The notes: generated by a model from the letters alone, not told the origin. A stretch of DNA of 63,831 bases, filler included, from Octopus bimaculoides (GCF_001194135.2; 7 parts of 7 records of this genome joined end to end with filler, not necessarily neighbours in it), one strand, 5' to 3'. Shown: positions 49,323-62,852, counted from the first letter of the whole stretch. Made by a program: numbers and translations.

Positions 49323-50007
49323 GTATGTATGTATTCTTGTTATCCAGCACTGAGCATTATAAATTCCACATCTAGATAGTGAGACTGCGGCTTAAAAACT
49401 AACTTGTAATCAATACGGAATGACCTGTAAGCCCCTTGCTGGCCTTAGGAACCATATGAGACGTCATCAGCGGCAAGGAAATCAAACGTACAGCGTTTCT
49501 TAGACTGAAATGAATCTAAGAAGTAGTCTTACTCGTTCACGAGTTGAGTTGATTTCCATCACGTGTCCTTTAGTTTGTTGTTGTTGTTGTTGATGGTGAT
49601 GTTTTATTTTGTTATTATTTTGTTGTTAGTGTTGATATTATTGTTGCTGATGTTGTTATTGAAAAGGTTCTATTTCCAATTTTCCCTTTTATGATTTCCA
49701 TTGATAAAAGGCTGCTTTCACCCCAAGGCACATCACCTTGTAAGAGCTGGTGTAAATTATCTTATTATTTTCTTCAAACTAATCTGATTGGTCTCAAATC
49801 AATAAAGAAATAAAGCCCATTCTGAATGGACATTAGCAAGATGTCATACAAAACATTAAATCATAAACTAATCAATTTGATAAGTCGTTCAGACACTTCT
49901 CACCTATTATTTATTCGTTTTCTTTTATTTTATATCACAATCTAACTACAATAGTGTCATTAGCGATAAGATTCCTTATTATTATTATTATTATTGTAAG
50001 AAAAGAA

Positions 50008-50227
50008 AGCAGCGAGCTGGCTGAGTCGTGACCGCGCCGGCAAAAATGCTTAGCTATGATTTTCCCGTCTCTACGTTCTGTGTTCAAAATCCGCCGAGGT
50101 CGACTTTGCCTTTCATCCTTTTTGGATACGATAAATTTAGTACCACTTACGTACTGGGGTCGATGTAATCGACTGGCCCACCCTCCCCAAAAAATTTCGG
50201 GCTTTGTGTGTATAGTGTAGAAAAGAA
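50008..50227 (+). mobile_element. SINE family B, full length
   Basis: Preceded by (TTA)n; contains the GTCGACTTTGCCTTTCATCCT domain. Confidence 0.9.
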
Positions 50228-50239
50228 TTGTTATATACT

Positions 50240-50405
50240 CTTTTACTTGTTTCAGTCATTTAACTGCGGCCATGCTGGAGCACCCGCCTTAAATCGAGCA
50301 AATCGACCTCAGGACTTCTTCTTTGTAAGCCTAGTACTTATTCTATCGGTCTCTTGTGCCGAACCCCTAAGTTACGGGGACGTAAACACACCAGCATCGG
50401 TTGTC
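50240..50405 (-). mobile_element. SINE family A, 3' part
   Basis: CTTTTACTTGTTTCAGTCATT..GGCCATGCTGGAGCACC..GTAAGCCTAGTACTTATTCTATCGG. Confidence 0.92.
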
Positions 50406-50930
50406 ATATATGCATGTATATATGTATTCATGGATGCATACGTCTTCATATGTTCTCTGTGCTACATTTTTTATCTTTATGAGAGTAGAGTGCTGGCAGA
50501 ATCATTAGAGGGCCAAGAAAAATGCCTTGCGGTATATCTTGTAGCCCTTCACGTTCTTAGTTTAAATCCCGCCAACCTCGATAAACTAAAGCACCAATCA
50601 AATTTTGGGTCGATATAACCCTAACCCTAACCTCTCCCATCAAAATTATTTCTCTTGTAACAAAAAAATGAAAGAATTAATATTACTATTATTATTATTG
50701 TTGTTGTTGTTGTTGTTGTTGTAGCGGTTGTTGTTATTGTTGTTGTTGTTGTAGTTGTTGTTGTTATTATCATTATTATTATTGTTACTGATATTGTTTT
50801 CGTATTTGTTGCTCTTGGTAATATTTCATGACACCTTTATATAAATTTGGTTTGGTCAATGCGGTAACGCTGACCGTAAAGAAAATTGTGTATATGATCT
50901 GTGTATACACACACATACACACACACACAC

Positions 50931-50961
<31 letters not shown>

Positions 50962-51904
50962 NNNNNNNNNNNNNNNNNNNNNNNNNNNNNNNNNNNNNNN
51001 NNNNNNNNNNNNNNNNNNNNNNNNNNNNNNNNNNNNNNNNNNNNNNNNNNNNNNNNNNNNNNNNNNNNNNNNNNNNNNNNNNNNNNNNNNNNNNNNNNNN
51101 NNNNNNNNNNNNNNNNNNNNNNNNNNNNNNNNNNNNNNNNNNNNNNNNNNNNNNNNNNNNNNNNNNNNNNNNNNNNNNNNNNNNNNNNNNNNNNNNNNNN
51201 NNNNNNNNNNNNNNNNNNNNNNNNNNNNNNNNNNNNNNNNNNNNNNNNNNNNNNNNNNNNNNNNNNNNNNNNNNNNNNNNNNNNNNNNNNNNNNNNNNNN
51301 NNNNNNNNNNNNNNNNNNNNNNNNNNNNNNNNNNNNNNNNNNNNNNNNNNNNNNNNNNNNNNNNNNNNNNNNNNNNNNNNNNNNNNNNNNNNNNNNNNNN
51401 NNNNNNNNNNNNNNNNNNNNNNNNNNNNNNNNNNNNNNNNNNNNNNNNNNNNNNNNNNNNNNNNNNNNNNNNNNNNNNNNNNNNNNNNNNNNNNNNNNNN
51501 NNNNNNNNNNNNNNNNNNNNNNNNNNNNNNNNNNNNNNNNNNNNNNNNNNNNNNNNNNNNNNNNNNNNNNNNNNNNNNNNNNNNNNNNNNNNNNNNNNNN
51601 NNNNNNNNNNNNNNNNNNNNNNNNNNNNNNNNNNNNNNNNNNNNNNNNNNNNNNNNNNNNNNNNNNNNNNNNNNNNNNNNNNNNNNNNNNNNNNNNNNNN
51701 NNNNNNNNNNNNNNNNNNNNNNNNNNNNNNNNNNNNNNNNNNNNNNNNNNNNNNNNNNNNNNNNNNNNNNNNNNNNNNNNNNNNNNNNNNNNNNNNNNNN
51801 GTATGTATGTATGTATGTATGTACGTATGTGTGTATGTGTGTATGTATATATGTTTGTATGTTTGTATGTATGTATGTATGTATGTATGTATGTATGTAT
51901 GTAT

Positions 51905-52268
51905 GTCATTGTTCAGTCTTATTTCAAGATTTCTTGCCAATAGAGTAAGAGCCGGTTTCTAACCTAAATCCAAGGCTCCTTCATTCGAATTTCAACATCA
52001 ACAACAGGGTATTTTTGTATGTATGTATATATTTATGTATGAATATATTTATGTATGTATGTATATATATACATATGCAGATTTGTATGTTTTGATTTAT
52101 CTATGCATTCTCATGCATATAGTTGCATATCTAGACATGCTCATATATATTTAAATGCTAAACTTCTGGAAAGTTTTACAGACTTTTATATTTCCAATGA
52201 TGGATTGGATCTGTAGTCTTCGAATTAGCTTTCTCCTTTCTGGTTTTGAAAAGCCTAATTTCTCAAGA
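51905..52268 (-). mobile_element. RLE non-LTR 3' end plus UTR (same family as 46519-47200)
   Basis: The reverse complement of 52150-52268 closely matches 46856-46975, and the UTR matches 46980-47185. (TATG)n on both sides. Confidence 0.88.
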
Positions 52269-52404
52269 TGGGTATTTAGGCAGTGTGTTACATGTATGTA
52301 TGTATGTATGTATGTATGTATCTATGTATGTATACATCTATGTATGTATGTGTGTGTGTGTGTGTGCGTGGGTGCGTGCGTATGTGTCTATGTATGTGTG
52401 TATT

Positions 52405-52890
52405 TTCTCTTTTACTTGTTTCAGTTGTTAGACGGTGGCCATGCTGGAGTACTGCCTTGAAGAATTCTTAGTCGATTGAATCAACCCCACTACTTATCTT
52501 ATTTTCTTTAAAGTAATGGTACTTATTCTATCGGTGTCTTTTGCTGAACCGCTATGGTACGGGGACGTAAATACCCCGACACCGGTTGTCTGGCGGTGGA
52601 GAGGACAAACACTGAAACAAAGATAAACATATCTGAGACCTCTTTGCCGACAATGCTGGCCTTGAGACCCATACAGAAAGAGTTTATCTTTCATCTTTTA
52701 CACGTTTCAGCCGCTAGACTGCGGCCATGCTGGGGCACCGCCTTGAAGGAATTTAGCCGAATGAATCAACCTCAGTGCTTACTTTTTTAAAGCCTGGTGC
52801 TAATGCTATCGGTTTATTATGCGAAACCGCCATGTTTCGGGGATGTAAACAAACCATCACTGACTGTCAAACGGCGAAGGGAGACAAACA
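52405..52890 (-). mobile_element. Two tandem SINE family A 3' halves
   Basis: Copies at about 52405-52620 and 52690-52890, each with GGCCATGCTGG..TACTTATTCTATCGG-type motifs. Confidence 0.85.
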
Positions 52891-52903
52891 CACACACACA
52901 CGC

Positions 52904-52945
<42 letters not shown>

Positions 52946-53367
52946 NNNNNNNNNNNNNNNNNNNNNNNNNNNNNNNNNNNNNNNNNNNNNNNNNNNNNNN
53001 NNNNNNNNNNNNNNNNNNNNNNNNNNNNNNNNNNNNNNNNNNNNNNNNNNNNNNNNNNNNNNNNNNNNNNNNNNNNNNNNNNNNNNNNNNNNNNNNNNNN
53101 NNNNNNNNNNNNNNNNNNNNNNNNNNNNNNNNNNNNNNNNNNNNNNNNNNNNNNNNNNNNNNNNNNNNNNNNNNNNNNNNNNNNNNNNNNNNNNNNNNNN
53201 NNNNNNNNNNNNNNNNNNNNNNNNNNNNNNNNNNNNNNNNNNNNNNNNNNNNNNNNNNNNNNNNNNNNNNNNNNNNNNNNNNNNNNNNNNNNNNNNNNNN
53301 NNNNNNNNNNNNNNNNNNNNNNNNNNNNNNNNNNNNNNNNNNNNNNNNNNNNNNNNNNNNNNNNNNN

Positions 53368-53409
<42 letters not shown>

Positions 53410-53410
<1 letters not shown>

Positions 53411-53575
53411 GAGAACGTACGAAAAAGAACAACAGACGAGGACAGGTGGTGTAAACAACAAAAGGATGTATTAGTTTGACGCTCGGGAATACAGAAAGTC
53501 TTTAACGTTTCGAGGTACGCTCTTCAACAGAAAGAATACGGAGAAAACAAGGAGAAAAACACGGAGAAAAAAAAT
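53410..53575 (-). mobile_element. Penelope-type terminal repeat with hammerhead-like motif
   Basis: Minus strand 53534 to 53500: CTTT-CTGTTGA-AGAG-CGTAC-CTC-GAAAC-GTT-AAAG. Confidence 0.7.
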
Positions 53576-53589
53576 TGAATGGTGGGTTT

Positions 53590-53750
53590 GGGTTTATTTC
53601 AGTTTCCGTCTCGCAAATCCACTCACAAGGCTTTAACCAACTCGGGGCTATAGTAAAAAAAAAACACATGCCACAGGTACCACGCAGTGGGACTGAACCC
53701 GGAACCAGGCGGCTAAGAAGCAAACTTCTTCCTACACACGCCCACTTAGA
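53590..53750 (-). mobile_element. SINE family A, head
   Basis: TTTCAGTTTCCGTC..CACGCAGTGGGACTGAACCCGGAACC. Confidence 0.85.
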
Positions 53751-54046
53751 ATTAATTTAAGAAAATGATAAGCGGAAGAATTCATTACATTTTAAAATGA
53801 AATAAATCCATTCTGACATTCTGCATTTTCATCATGTCACCCACTCATTACCTATTTAAACTATGCTGATGTAATTCTGAAATTCTTAAAATAGGTTTTA
53901 CATCTGATGTTCAGTTGGGCGCTGAATCACATTGTCAACATCTGCACATAAGTTCCGTATAGTTAAATACAGTGTTGTCTTTACATGTTTTCATCACATA
54001 AAATTGAAGTCATTTTCAGCTTTTAAAAATTCCAGAAACGATTAGG

Positions 54047-54461
54047 AGGCGTAGGAGTGGCTGTGTGGTAAGTAGCTTGCTTACCAACCACATGGTTCCG
54101 TGTTCAGTCCCACTGCGTGGCACCTTGGGCAAGTGTCTTCTACTATAGCCTCGGGCCGACCAAAGCCTTGAGAGTGGATTTGTTAGACGGAAACTGAAAG
54201 AAGCCCGTCGTATATATGTATATATATATATATGTATGTGTGTGTCTATGTTTGTGTGTCTGTGTTTGTCCCCCAACATCGCTTGACAACCGATGCTGGT
54301 GTATTTACGTCCCCGTAACTTAGCGGTTCGGCAAAAATAGACCGATAGAATAAGTACTAGGCTTACAAAGAATAAGTCGTGGGGTCGATTTGCTCGACTA
54401 AAAGGCGGTGCTCCATCATGGCCGCAATCAAATGACTGAAACAAGTAAAAGAGTAAAAGAG
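54047..54461 (+). mobile_element. SINE family A, full-length reference copy (tRNA head, CORE-like domain, internal microsatellite)
   Basis: AGGCGTAGGAGTGGCTGTGTGGTAAG..GTTCAGTCCCACTGCGTGGCACCTTGGGCAAGTGTCTTCTACTATAGCC..ACTGAAACAAGTAAAAGAGTAAAAGAG. Confidence 0.95.
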
Positions 54462-54502
54462 AGAGATTATGCGAAGGGTTTTGATTAACATTGCTGAAAT
54501 GA

Positions 54503-54658
54503 TGCAGGCGTGGCTGTGTGGTTAAAAGTTGGTTTCCCAACCACATGGTTCCGGGTTCAGTCCCACTGCATGGCACCTTCGGCAAGTGTCTTCTACTATA
54601 GCCTTCGTGCAGACCAAAGGCTTGTGAGTGGATTTTGGAGACGGAAACTAAAAGAAGC
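54503..54658 (+). mobile_element. SINE family A, head only
   Basis: Matches 54047-54205. Confidence 0.9.
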
Positions 54659-54778
54659 AGAAAGAAGACCATATCTTTTCATTGTGGTCCCTCACAACGA
54701 TATATGGCCGGTTGTATTTTAACATGGTGGCTGTCTTAATTTCTAAGTTCCACGTATGTATGTATTTACGTACGTATA

Positions 54779-55184
54779 CTTTTTACTCTACGTGTTTCAG
54801 TCATTTGACTGCGGCCATGCTGGAGCACCACCATTAGTCGAGCAAATCGACCCCAGGACTTATTCTTTGTAAGCCTGGTACTTATTCTATCGGACTCTTA
54901 TGCCTAACCGCTAAATTACGGGGTCGTAAACACACTAGCATTGGTTGTCAAGCGATGTTGGGTGGGGGGACAAACACAGACACACAAACACAGACACATA
55001 TATATACATATACATATATATGACGGGTTTCTTTCAGTTTCCGTATACCAAATCCACTCACAAGGCTTTGGTCAGCCCGAGGCTATAGTAGAAGACACTT
55101 GCCCAAGGTGCTACGCAGTGGGACTGAACCCAGAACCATGTGGTTGGTAAGCAAGCTACTTACCACAGAGCCACTCCTGCACCT
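54779..55184 (-). mobile_element. SINE family A, full length, inverted relative to 54047-54461
   Basis: Reverse complement of the 54047 copy along its whole length. Confidence 0.95.
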
Positions 55185-56173
55185 TGTATATATTTAATAA
55201 AAGGGGCGAAGAATTTTATAGCAAGAAATATATTCAGACTTATCTCTCTATGTATATATATTTATATGTACACACACCCAGGCATTCGAACATATTTTAG
55301 TGCATTTTTCAAGTTTATCTAAGTGTGCTGTCGATGAATCCTTAGTAAGTATTAAGCTTCCTGCTGTGGACAACATACACAGCAAAACTATCAACAGTGA
55401 TATTTTAAGACAGCCATGTTTGTTACAGAGCGCTGTTCTACATATGCCTAGTAATACAAAGATGTCGACAACTCACACCCACTACCCTATACACAAACAC
55501 ACACACACGCGCGCGCGCACATACACAGACATGCATAGAACAAATAGTGAGGGATTATCAGTCCTGGCAAAATACTTCATTGTTAGCACACCAGGCTTAC
55601 AATATTTCTTAGATTAGTGAAGAAGTCCGGGTAATATTTTGGTAGGGCCCAAGGTTATGGTTCATTTCCAATAAAGGAATATATAATGACCATTATCTTT
55701 AACGTATTTCCTTTATATATATATATACATANNNNNNNNNNNNNNNNNNNNNNNNNNNNNNNNNNNNNNNNNNNNNNNNNNNNNNNNNNNNNNNNNNNNN
55801 NNNNNNNNNNNNNNNNNNNNNNNNNNNNNNNNNNNNNNNNNNNNNNNNNNNNNNNNNNNNNNNNNNNNNNNNNNNNNNNNNNNNNNNNNNNNNNNNNNNN
55901 NNNNNNNNNNNNNNNNNNNNNNNNNNNNNNNNNNNNNNNNNNNNNNNNNNNNNNNNNNNNNNNNNNNNNNNNNNNNNNNNNNNNNNNNNNNNNNNNNNNN
56001 NNNNNNNNNNNNNNNNNNNNNNNNNNNNNNNNNNNNNNNNNNNNNNNNNNNNNNNNNNNNNNNNNNNNNNNNNNNNNNNNNNNNNNNNNNNNNNNNNNNN
56101 NNNNNNNNNNNNNNNNNNNNNNNNNNNNNNNNNNNNNNNNNNNNNNNNNNNNNNNNNNNNNNNNNNNNNNNNN

Positions 56174-56206
<33 letters not shown>

Positions 56207-56536
56207 TATTAAATAAAATTCGTGGGTAAGGCCGGAACAATGCGAAATAAAACCAAAGCAAATCACAAGAAAACAGACATATGCATTAATAGTGACTTAC
56301 CCTGCATTCAATATTTCAGGGTTATGACCCTCTCTTCAGGAATTAGCGAATGTTGCAAATATAACCCTCCTCAAGTATTAACCAATGCTGCAGGTGAACA
56401 TGTACATCACTATTAATCCAAATGCCTGTTTTCTTGTGATTTGCCTTGGATTTATTTCGTATTGTTCCGGCTTTACTCACGAATTTGTATATAATGTATT
56501 CCAGACAATGTTTTACACTACTAACTATTTCGTTAC

Positions 56537-56569
<33 letters not shown>

Positions 56570-56975
56570 GTCAACAGGTGACATCCAGGGATGCTCAATA
56601 CAGACAACAGTTTGTAACGTGGAGTGAAGAGTAGCTATACAAGGAATCCAGATGAGCAGATATGGAGATGATGATGCAAATATACAAGTAAAACCGCTTG
56701 CGGCTAATTATATAACATTTGCATACATGTAAATGGAGAGAAAACAACGACCGAAAATGTTCAGACGATGAATATTCATGTATAAATATAGAGATATTAA
56801 TATATTAACAGAGCAGACTCACGCAGAGTACGAAAACACAGGAAATTAATGGGAGAAGGGGAGAAGGGGAGAAGGGGAGAAGGTATAGTAACTCCAGACG
56901 TTCTCCCCTTGATAATACATGTAATTGTGACTAAATGTGTTGACAGCCTCTCCTTTTCGTTTGTCTACTCATTCG

Positions 56976-57051
<76 letters not shown>

Positions 57052-57113
57052 TAGATAGATGGATAGGTAGATAGATAGATAGACAAATATATGTATGTAT
57101 ATATATGCATATT

Positions 57114-57165
<52 letters not shown>

Positions 57166-57211
57166 CATATATATATATATATAGAAAGAGAGAGAGAGGG
57201 AGATAGATAGG

Positions 57212-57244
<33 letters not shown>

Positions 57245-58139
57245 TCACGTGCACACATAAGCGAACACACACACACACACACACACGCACACACACACAC
57301 ACAGCTATACACTTCCTTTCTTATTTCTTTATTGCCCACAAGGGGCTAAACATAGTGGGGACAAACAAGGACAGACAAAGGACACAGGTATACACTTCAT
57401 TTCTACCGAGCATTGTTCATGCCTACACTCACCAAATGCCCTTTACATTGCTAACCTATGTTTCATTTACAAGAAAAAAAACAACAAAAACAAACAAGCA
57501 CAAACCTGTAATTATAACTAAATACGGCATTAACCTAATCGATAGTGTCGAGGACAAACCCAGAATTTATAATAGCTATGCCAATGTCAGCGACAACGAA
57601 TATCTAACAGAAAGAAGAATAACTATGTATCGCTGAAGAGGTTTAGTAAAGCGGAAACGTATGTATGTTCGCTAAGTACCAGACTACACTTCTAATCATT
57701 CTCTTATGTGAAGGGATCTGACTTTCGCCTAGACAGTAATAACTACAATAAGGAATACTCAATGTTTGATTAAAAAAAAGACAGGAGGGCCACTCTTGGA
57801 GTTCTTTAATAATACATATGGTGACTCAGTATTGATTGTGGATTAAGCATTAACACCAGAGGATGACACAGTGTATAAAGTTATCATAAAGACACTGTAG
57901 CTAAATAAAAAGGTGGCATGGTCATTGTTGGAAAATAGTTGTTCATAAGTATATTGGATCAGAGCTAAATTGATACTAAAGAACAACAACGGGTGACAAC
58001 GGTATAGTCCTAAATGCACTCCATGTAAATAAAACTAGCGGAATGGTCACGGATGTAACGTTTTTGATCACAGGTGTACTAATTCAAGGCTGATCTGGAG
58101 CTACAATAGAACGATTAAAACAATAAAAAAATATTTATT

Positions 58140-58830
58140 AGCAACAGAGTTAATATTTATCCTCACTTAAGCGTGGGTGTTCTATTATAACATACTATAC
58201 TGGGATAATTATCACGAGAGAAACTCTCCTATTGGCTTTTGGTGCAAAATGCATGCTTGTTTATAGCGGTAGTAGGGACAAAAATCCCTGCTACCTCCCG
58301 CCTCGAGACCACTATATAACGTGACTTCGATCTTCCTTGGTCTTGTCAATAAGGGACACTCGAACGTTAGAGATAGCGGAGACTCATCTCCCCACGAGCG
58401 ATGTATAGAATAACAGTGCTAGGACAGGCAGTGAAGTCGTGATTGCCTGTGAATTCGTTAAAAGACATATGATAGGAACAGAATAATATCAATAACGAGA
58501 GGTAATATTCATTTGCACTTAAACGTTGATGTTTGCTTAGAACAAACCATGAGAAACTCACCTATAAGCTTTTTAGTGCAAAATGCGCGCTTGTTTACAT
58601 TGCTAGCGGGGAGATAAATAAAAAAGACAATCCCTTCCGCACCCGCCGTAAGACCTTGTGATAGATACTCGACCACTAGAGACAGAAGGGATCCGTTCCC
58701 CGTTAGCGAAATAGAGAGCTTCTCTCGTGGAAACTACCACAGTATAGTTTGTTCTAACAGGACATTCACGTTTAAATGGGGATAAATTTACAGCCGCGTA
58801 AACTTTCATTAGTAGTGTCAAAGTCAATAC
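58140..58830. repeat. Diverged tandem duplication, period about 335-350 bp
   Basis: GAGAAACTC.CCTAT..GCTTTT..GTGCAAAATGC..GCTTGTTTA at 58218 and 58551; TAATATT..CACTTAA.CGT at 58151 and 58503. Confidence 0.7.
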
Positions 58831-59129
58831 GACAACAGCTTCAGAACAATTCATTAAGCTTTCTGTCTTTCTGTGATAGGAAATATATGAACGTCACTAC
58901 TTCACAGATTTGCAACCATCACTTCCTAATATAAGGTCAACAGAAACCTCGTCTAAAATACCCAATATTCGCTTAATACAGAACAACGACTATATGTCGC
59001 CTGAGCAGAATCTGTCTAAATGCGTATGTGTGTGGGCGCGCTTATGTAAATGTGTGTGTGAATGTGTGACTAACTGAATCTTTGCGCGCGTGTGTGTGTG
59101 TGTGTGTGAGTGAATATGTGACATTATGC

Positions 59130-59181
<52 letters not shown>

Positions 59182-59861
59182 GTATGCATATATTATATAT
59201 ATCTGTGTGCATTTGAGTGTATACGATTTCTGCAGATGCTTATGCGAGTGTATGAATTAGTGTTTGAATGTGTATATGTAGGTGTATGCAAAAGAAAGAC
59301 AGGGAAATAAAGAGAGAGAGGGAGATAGAAAGAGAAGGGGAGAAAGAGAGAAGGTGAGGCATAAAATAAGGGAAAGTAAGTGGCAGAAAACGACAGAAAG
59401 GCAAAAAGCAAAAGATTGAGAAAGAGAGGTAAATACCGACAGAAAGACATAGAAAAAGAAAGAGAGGAAGGGTAAATGGGAGAGAAAGAGAGAGAGGGAG
59501 ACTGGAAGAAGGAGAAATAGAGGGAAAGTGAAAGAGAGTGCAAAAGAGATAGAGAGTGGTGGGAGGTGGCTGCAATAATTTGTTAGGGAAAGCTTGAAGC
59601 CATGAATAAATAATATTTTTTACTGAATTACAAATTGACAAGAAATTATCGACTGAAAAATTATGTTTCTGTAGTTTGCATATGTGCATATATATACATA
59701 CGTATATGAACATATATATATANNNNNNNNNNNNNNNNNNNNNNNNNNNNNNNNNNNNNNNNNNNNTTAATTAATTAANNNNNNNNNNNNNNNNNNNNNN
59801 NNNNNNNNNNNNNNNNNNNNNNATATATATATTCATATCTATATACATATATATATATATC

Positions 59862-60570
59862 ATCATCATCATCATCATCATCACTTAACGTCCATTTTAC
59901 ATGCTGGCATGGGTTGGACAGTTTGACTGAAAACTGGCAAACTGGGGAGCTGCACTAGGTTCCAATTTGATTTGGAAAGATTTCTACAGCTGGATGCCCT
60001 TCTTAATGCCAACCACTCCTAGAGTGTAATGGGTGCTTTTTAATTGTTACCGGCATGGATGCCAAATACATAATATTAGCAGCGGCCATGACTGTGATCT
60101 CACTTGGCTTGACGGCTCTTCTCAAGCACAGTATATTGCCAAAGGTCTCAGTGACTTGTTGCTGCCTTTGTAAAGCCCAGAGTTTGAAGGGTGCTTTTTA
60201 CGTGCCACTGGCACTGGTGCCAGTAATGCAATACTGGCATCGGTGATTACACTTGGCTTAACAGGTCTTCTCAAGCATGGCATATCACTAAAGGTCTTGG
60301 TCACCAGTCATTGCCTCCGTGAGGCCCATCATTTGAAGATCATGTTTCACCATCTCATCCCATGTCTTCCTAAGTCTACCTCTTCTCCAGGTTTCCTCTA
60401 CTGTTAGAGATTGGCATTTCTTCACACAGCTGTCCTCACCCATATGCATCACATGACCATACCAGTGCTGTCATCTCTCTTGCCCACCACATTTGATACC
60501 TCTTATATCTAACTTTTCTCTCAACACACTTACACTCTGCCAAGCATGTTCACTGTCCACAATGACATAT
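59862..60570 (-). mobile_element. RTE/BovB-like LINE 3' end with (GAT)n tail
   Basis: Minus strand LREKLDIRGIKC..WYGHVMHMGEDSCVKKCQSLTVEETWRRGRLRKTWDEMVKHDL; the 3' UTR has a duplicated CTTCTCAAGCA block; tail is (CAT)n on + at 59862-59883. Confidence 0.92.
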
Positions 60571-60573
60571 ATA

Positions 60574-60655
60574 CGAGATGGTGTCAAAAGATTCCCGGAC
60601 TAGTTAGGTTTAATAAAAAAATAACTTATTTATGTAAATTTTAACATCATCTCAC
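60574..60655 (+). mobile_element. mariner-like TIR fragment
   Basis: TA|CGAGATGGTGTCAAAAGATTCCCGGACT. Confidence 0.45.
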
Positions 60656-61570
60656 TGGAAAAGACATCTAGATGTCTGTTTCATTCTTTAGCACAAAAGT
60701 ATAGAGAGACTTAAAGAATTTCAAGCACTTCTGAATGAACTTGACATAAACATTCAATTTATGATGGAATATAATCATCAACAGCTTCCATTCCTCAACA
60801 TCCTCATTAAGAAATCGAATAACAAAATAGAAACAGACATATACTATAAGCCCATGCACTCCAAGAAATATCAACTGTTCAACTCATGCCACCCCAGCCA
60901 TACTAGGATGAATATCCATTACAACCTGACATATTATCTGATAGAAGCACCAGAGACACATGACTACATGAGCTAAAGGATACACTTATCAGCAGGAACT
61001 ACCCACCATCACCAATTGATATAGGCTTTCAACGTACCCTACAACTCAACATCCACGAACTCAGACACTCCAAACTAAAGANNNNNNNNNNNNNNNNNNN
61101 NNNNNNNNNNNNNNNNNNNNNNNNNNNNNNNNNNNNNNNNNNNNNNNNNNNNNNNNNNNNNNNNNNNNNNNNNNNNNNNNNNNNNNNNNNNNNNNNNNNN
61201 NNNNNNNNNNNNNNNNNNNNNNNNNNNNNNNNNNNNNNNNNNNNNNNNNNNNNNNNNNNNNNNNNNNNNNNNNNNNNNNNNNNNNNNNNNNNNNNNNNNN
61301 NNNNNNNNNNNNNNNNNNNNNNNNNNNNNNNNNNNNNNNNNNNNNNNNNNNNNNNNNNNNNNNNNNNNNNNNNNNNNNNNNNNNNNNNNNNNNNNNNNNN
61401 NNNNNNNNNNNNNNNNNNNNNNNNNNNNNNNNNNNNNNNNNNNNNNNNNNNNNNNNNNNNNNNNNNNNNNNNNNNNNNNNNNNNNNNNNNNNNNNNNNNN
61501 NNNNNNNNNNNCATTAGCAAAGAAGCATATTTTATCGCAAAATATAAACCTGTTTTGAATGCTTCCACCT
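60656..61570 (+). mobile_element. Penelope-like element: RT C-terminal half and end of GIY-YIG region (gap between)
   Basis: WKRHLDVCFIL*..LLNELDINIQFMMEYNHQQLPFLNILI..IETDIYYKP..YQLFNSCHP matches PLE RT (cf. WKRYLDDCF, LPFLD, DIY.KP, SCHP). After the gap ISKEAYFIAKYKPVLN matches the typical PLE endonuclease end. Confidence 0.88.
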
Positions 61571-62141
61571 CAGATGAAACTACTACAAGAATTTAGAACA
61601 ATTCCAACCACTACTGCTACGACCACAACAAGTCACATTTAGGTCATTTGACCATTAAAGAAGATTCCATGAACAATCTACTGTGTCACACCACTCCTGT
61701 ATTCTTCTTCTTCTTCTTCTTCTTCTTCTTCTTCTTCTTCTTCTTCTTCCTAGGCTGCTGCTGTTTAAACCAGCAATTCTTCGTACTCATAAAACTATTC
61801 CTTCAGATTTACTACTACCTACCTACCAAGCATTCACAAAGGAAGAGAGAGGGACAGACTATTTGAAGAAATATTTACCTATTTGAAGACTATGGAAATA
61901 TTTACAAAACATTTCACTTAATTTTTTTTTCTCCAATTAATTGTTTTTCTTATTTTACTCTTAGTTAAAAAAAAAGTCTAAAAGACAGAAACCAGAACTA
62001 AAATATACTTCATGATAAAGTTATTTTAGCATTCGGTACTAAAATGTGTTTATTTGGGAAGTCTGGTGTGTGACATTATTCTGTAGCAATGCCCTTATAT
62101 AAATATATATATATATATATATGTGTATGTATGTATGTATT

Positions 62142-62169
<28 letters not shown>

Positions 62170-62175
<6 letters not shown>

Positions 62176-62360
62176 TTTGTGTCTGTGTTTGTCACCCCAT
62201 CACCACTTGACAACCGGTGTTGGTGTGTTTATATCTCCATAACTTAGAAGTTTGGCAGAAGAGACTGATAGAATAAGTACGAGGTTTAAGAAATAAGTCC
62301 TGTGGTCACTGCACTGCTCCAGCATGGCCACAGTTAAATGACTGAAACAAGTAAAAAAAT
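62170..62360 (+). mobile_element. SINE family A, 3' half
   Basis: TTGACAACCGGTGTTGGTGTGTTTA..ATAGAATAAGTAC..ACTGAAACAAGTAAAA. Confidence 0.88.
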
Positions 62361-62365
62361 ATATA

Positions 62366-62423
62366 TATGAGGGGTACTGAAGAGTTCCTGGCTTTGGGTA
62401 AAAGAAAATACAGGAGGATCAGT
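62366..62423 (-). mobile_element. mariner MITE end (same family as 43824-44039)
   Basis: TATGAGGGGGTACTGAAGAGTTCCTGGCTTTGGGTAAAAGAAAATACAGGAGGATCAGT is close to the reverse complement of 43982-44041. Confidence 0.75.
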
Positions 62424-62523
62424 NNNNNNNNNNNNNNNNNNNNNNNNNNNNNNNNNNNNNNNNNNNNTTAATTAATTAANNNNNNNNNNNNNNNNNNNNN
62501 NNNNNNNNNNNNNNNNNNNNNNN

Positions 62524-62568
<45 letters not shown>

Positions 62569-62671
62569 ACGCACCAGCGTGGCATAGAGTGGTGGATAAG
62601 GAGCTAAAATCAACGAAAAACATTTAAAGCTAAATTGTGGAGTGATAGATGGAGCTGGAATTTTGGAAGAC

Positions 62672-62729
<58 letters not shown>

Positions 62730-62739
62730 CAGCAGCAAC

Positions 62740-62777
<38 letters not shown>

Positions 62778-62787
62778 CAGCAGCAAC

Positions 62788-62852
<65 letters not shown>

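Noticed and set aside
50616-50632. (TAACCC)n telomere-like motif (also near 32976)
   Set aside because: Under three units, inside a degenerate SINE; not an interstitial telomere array.
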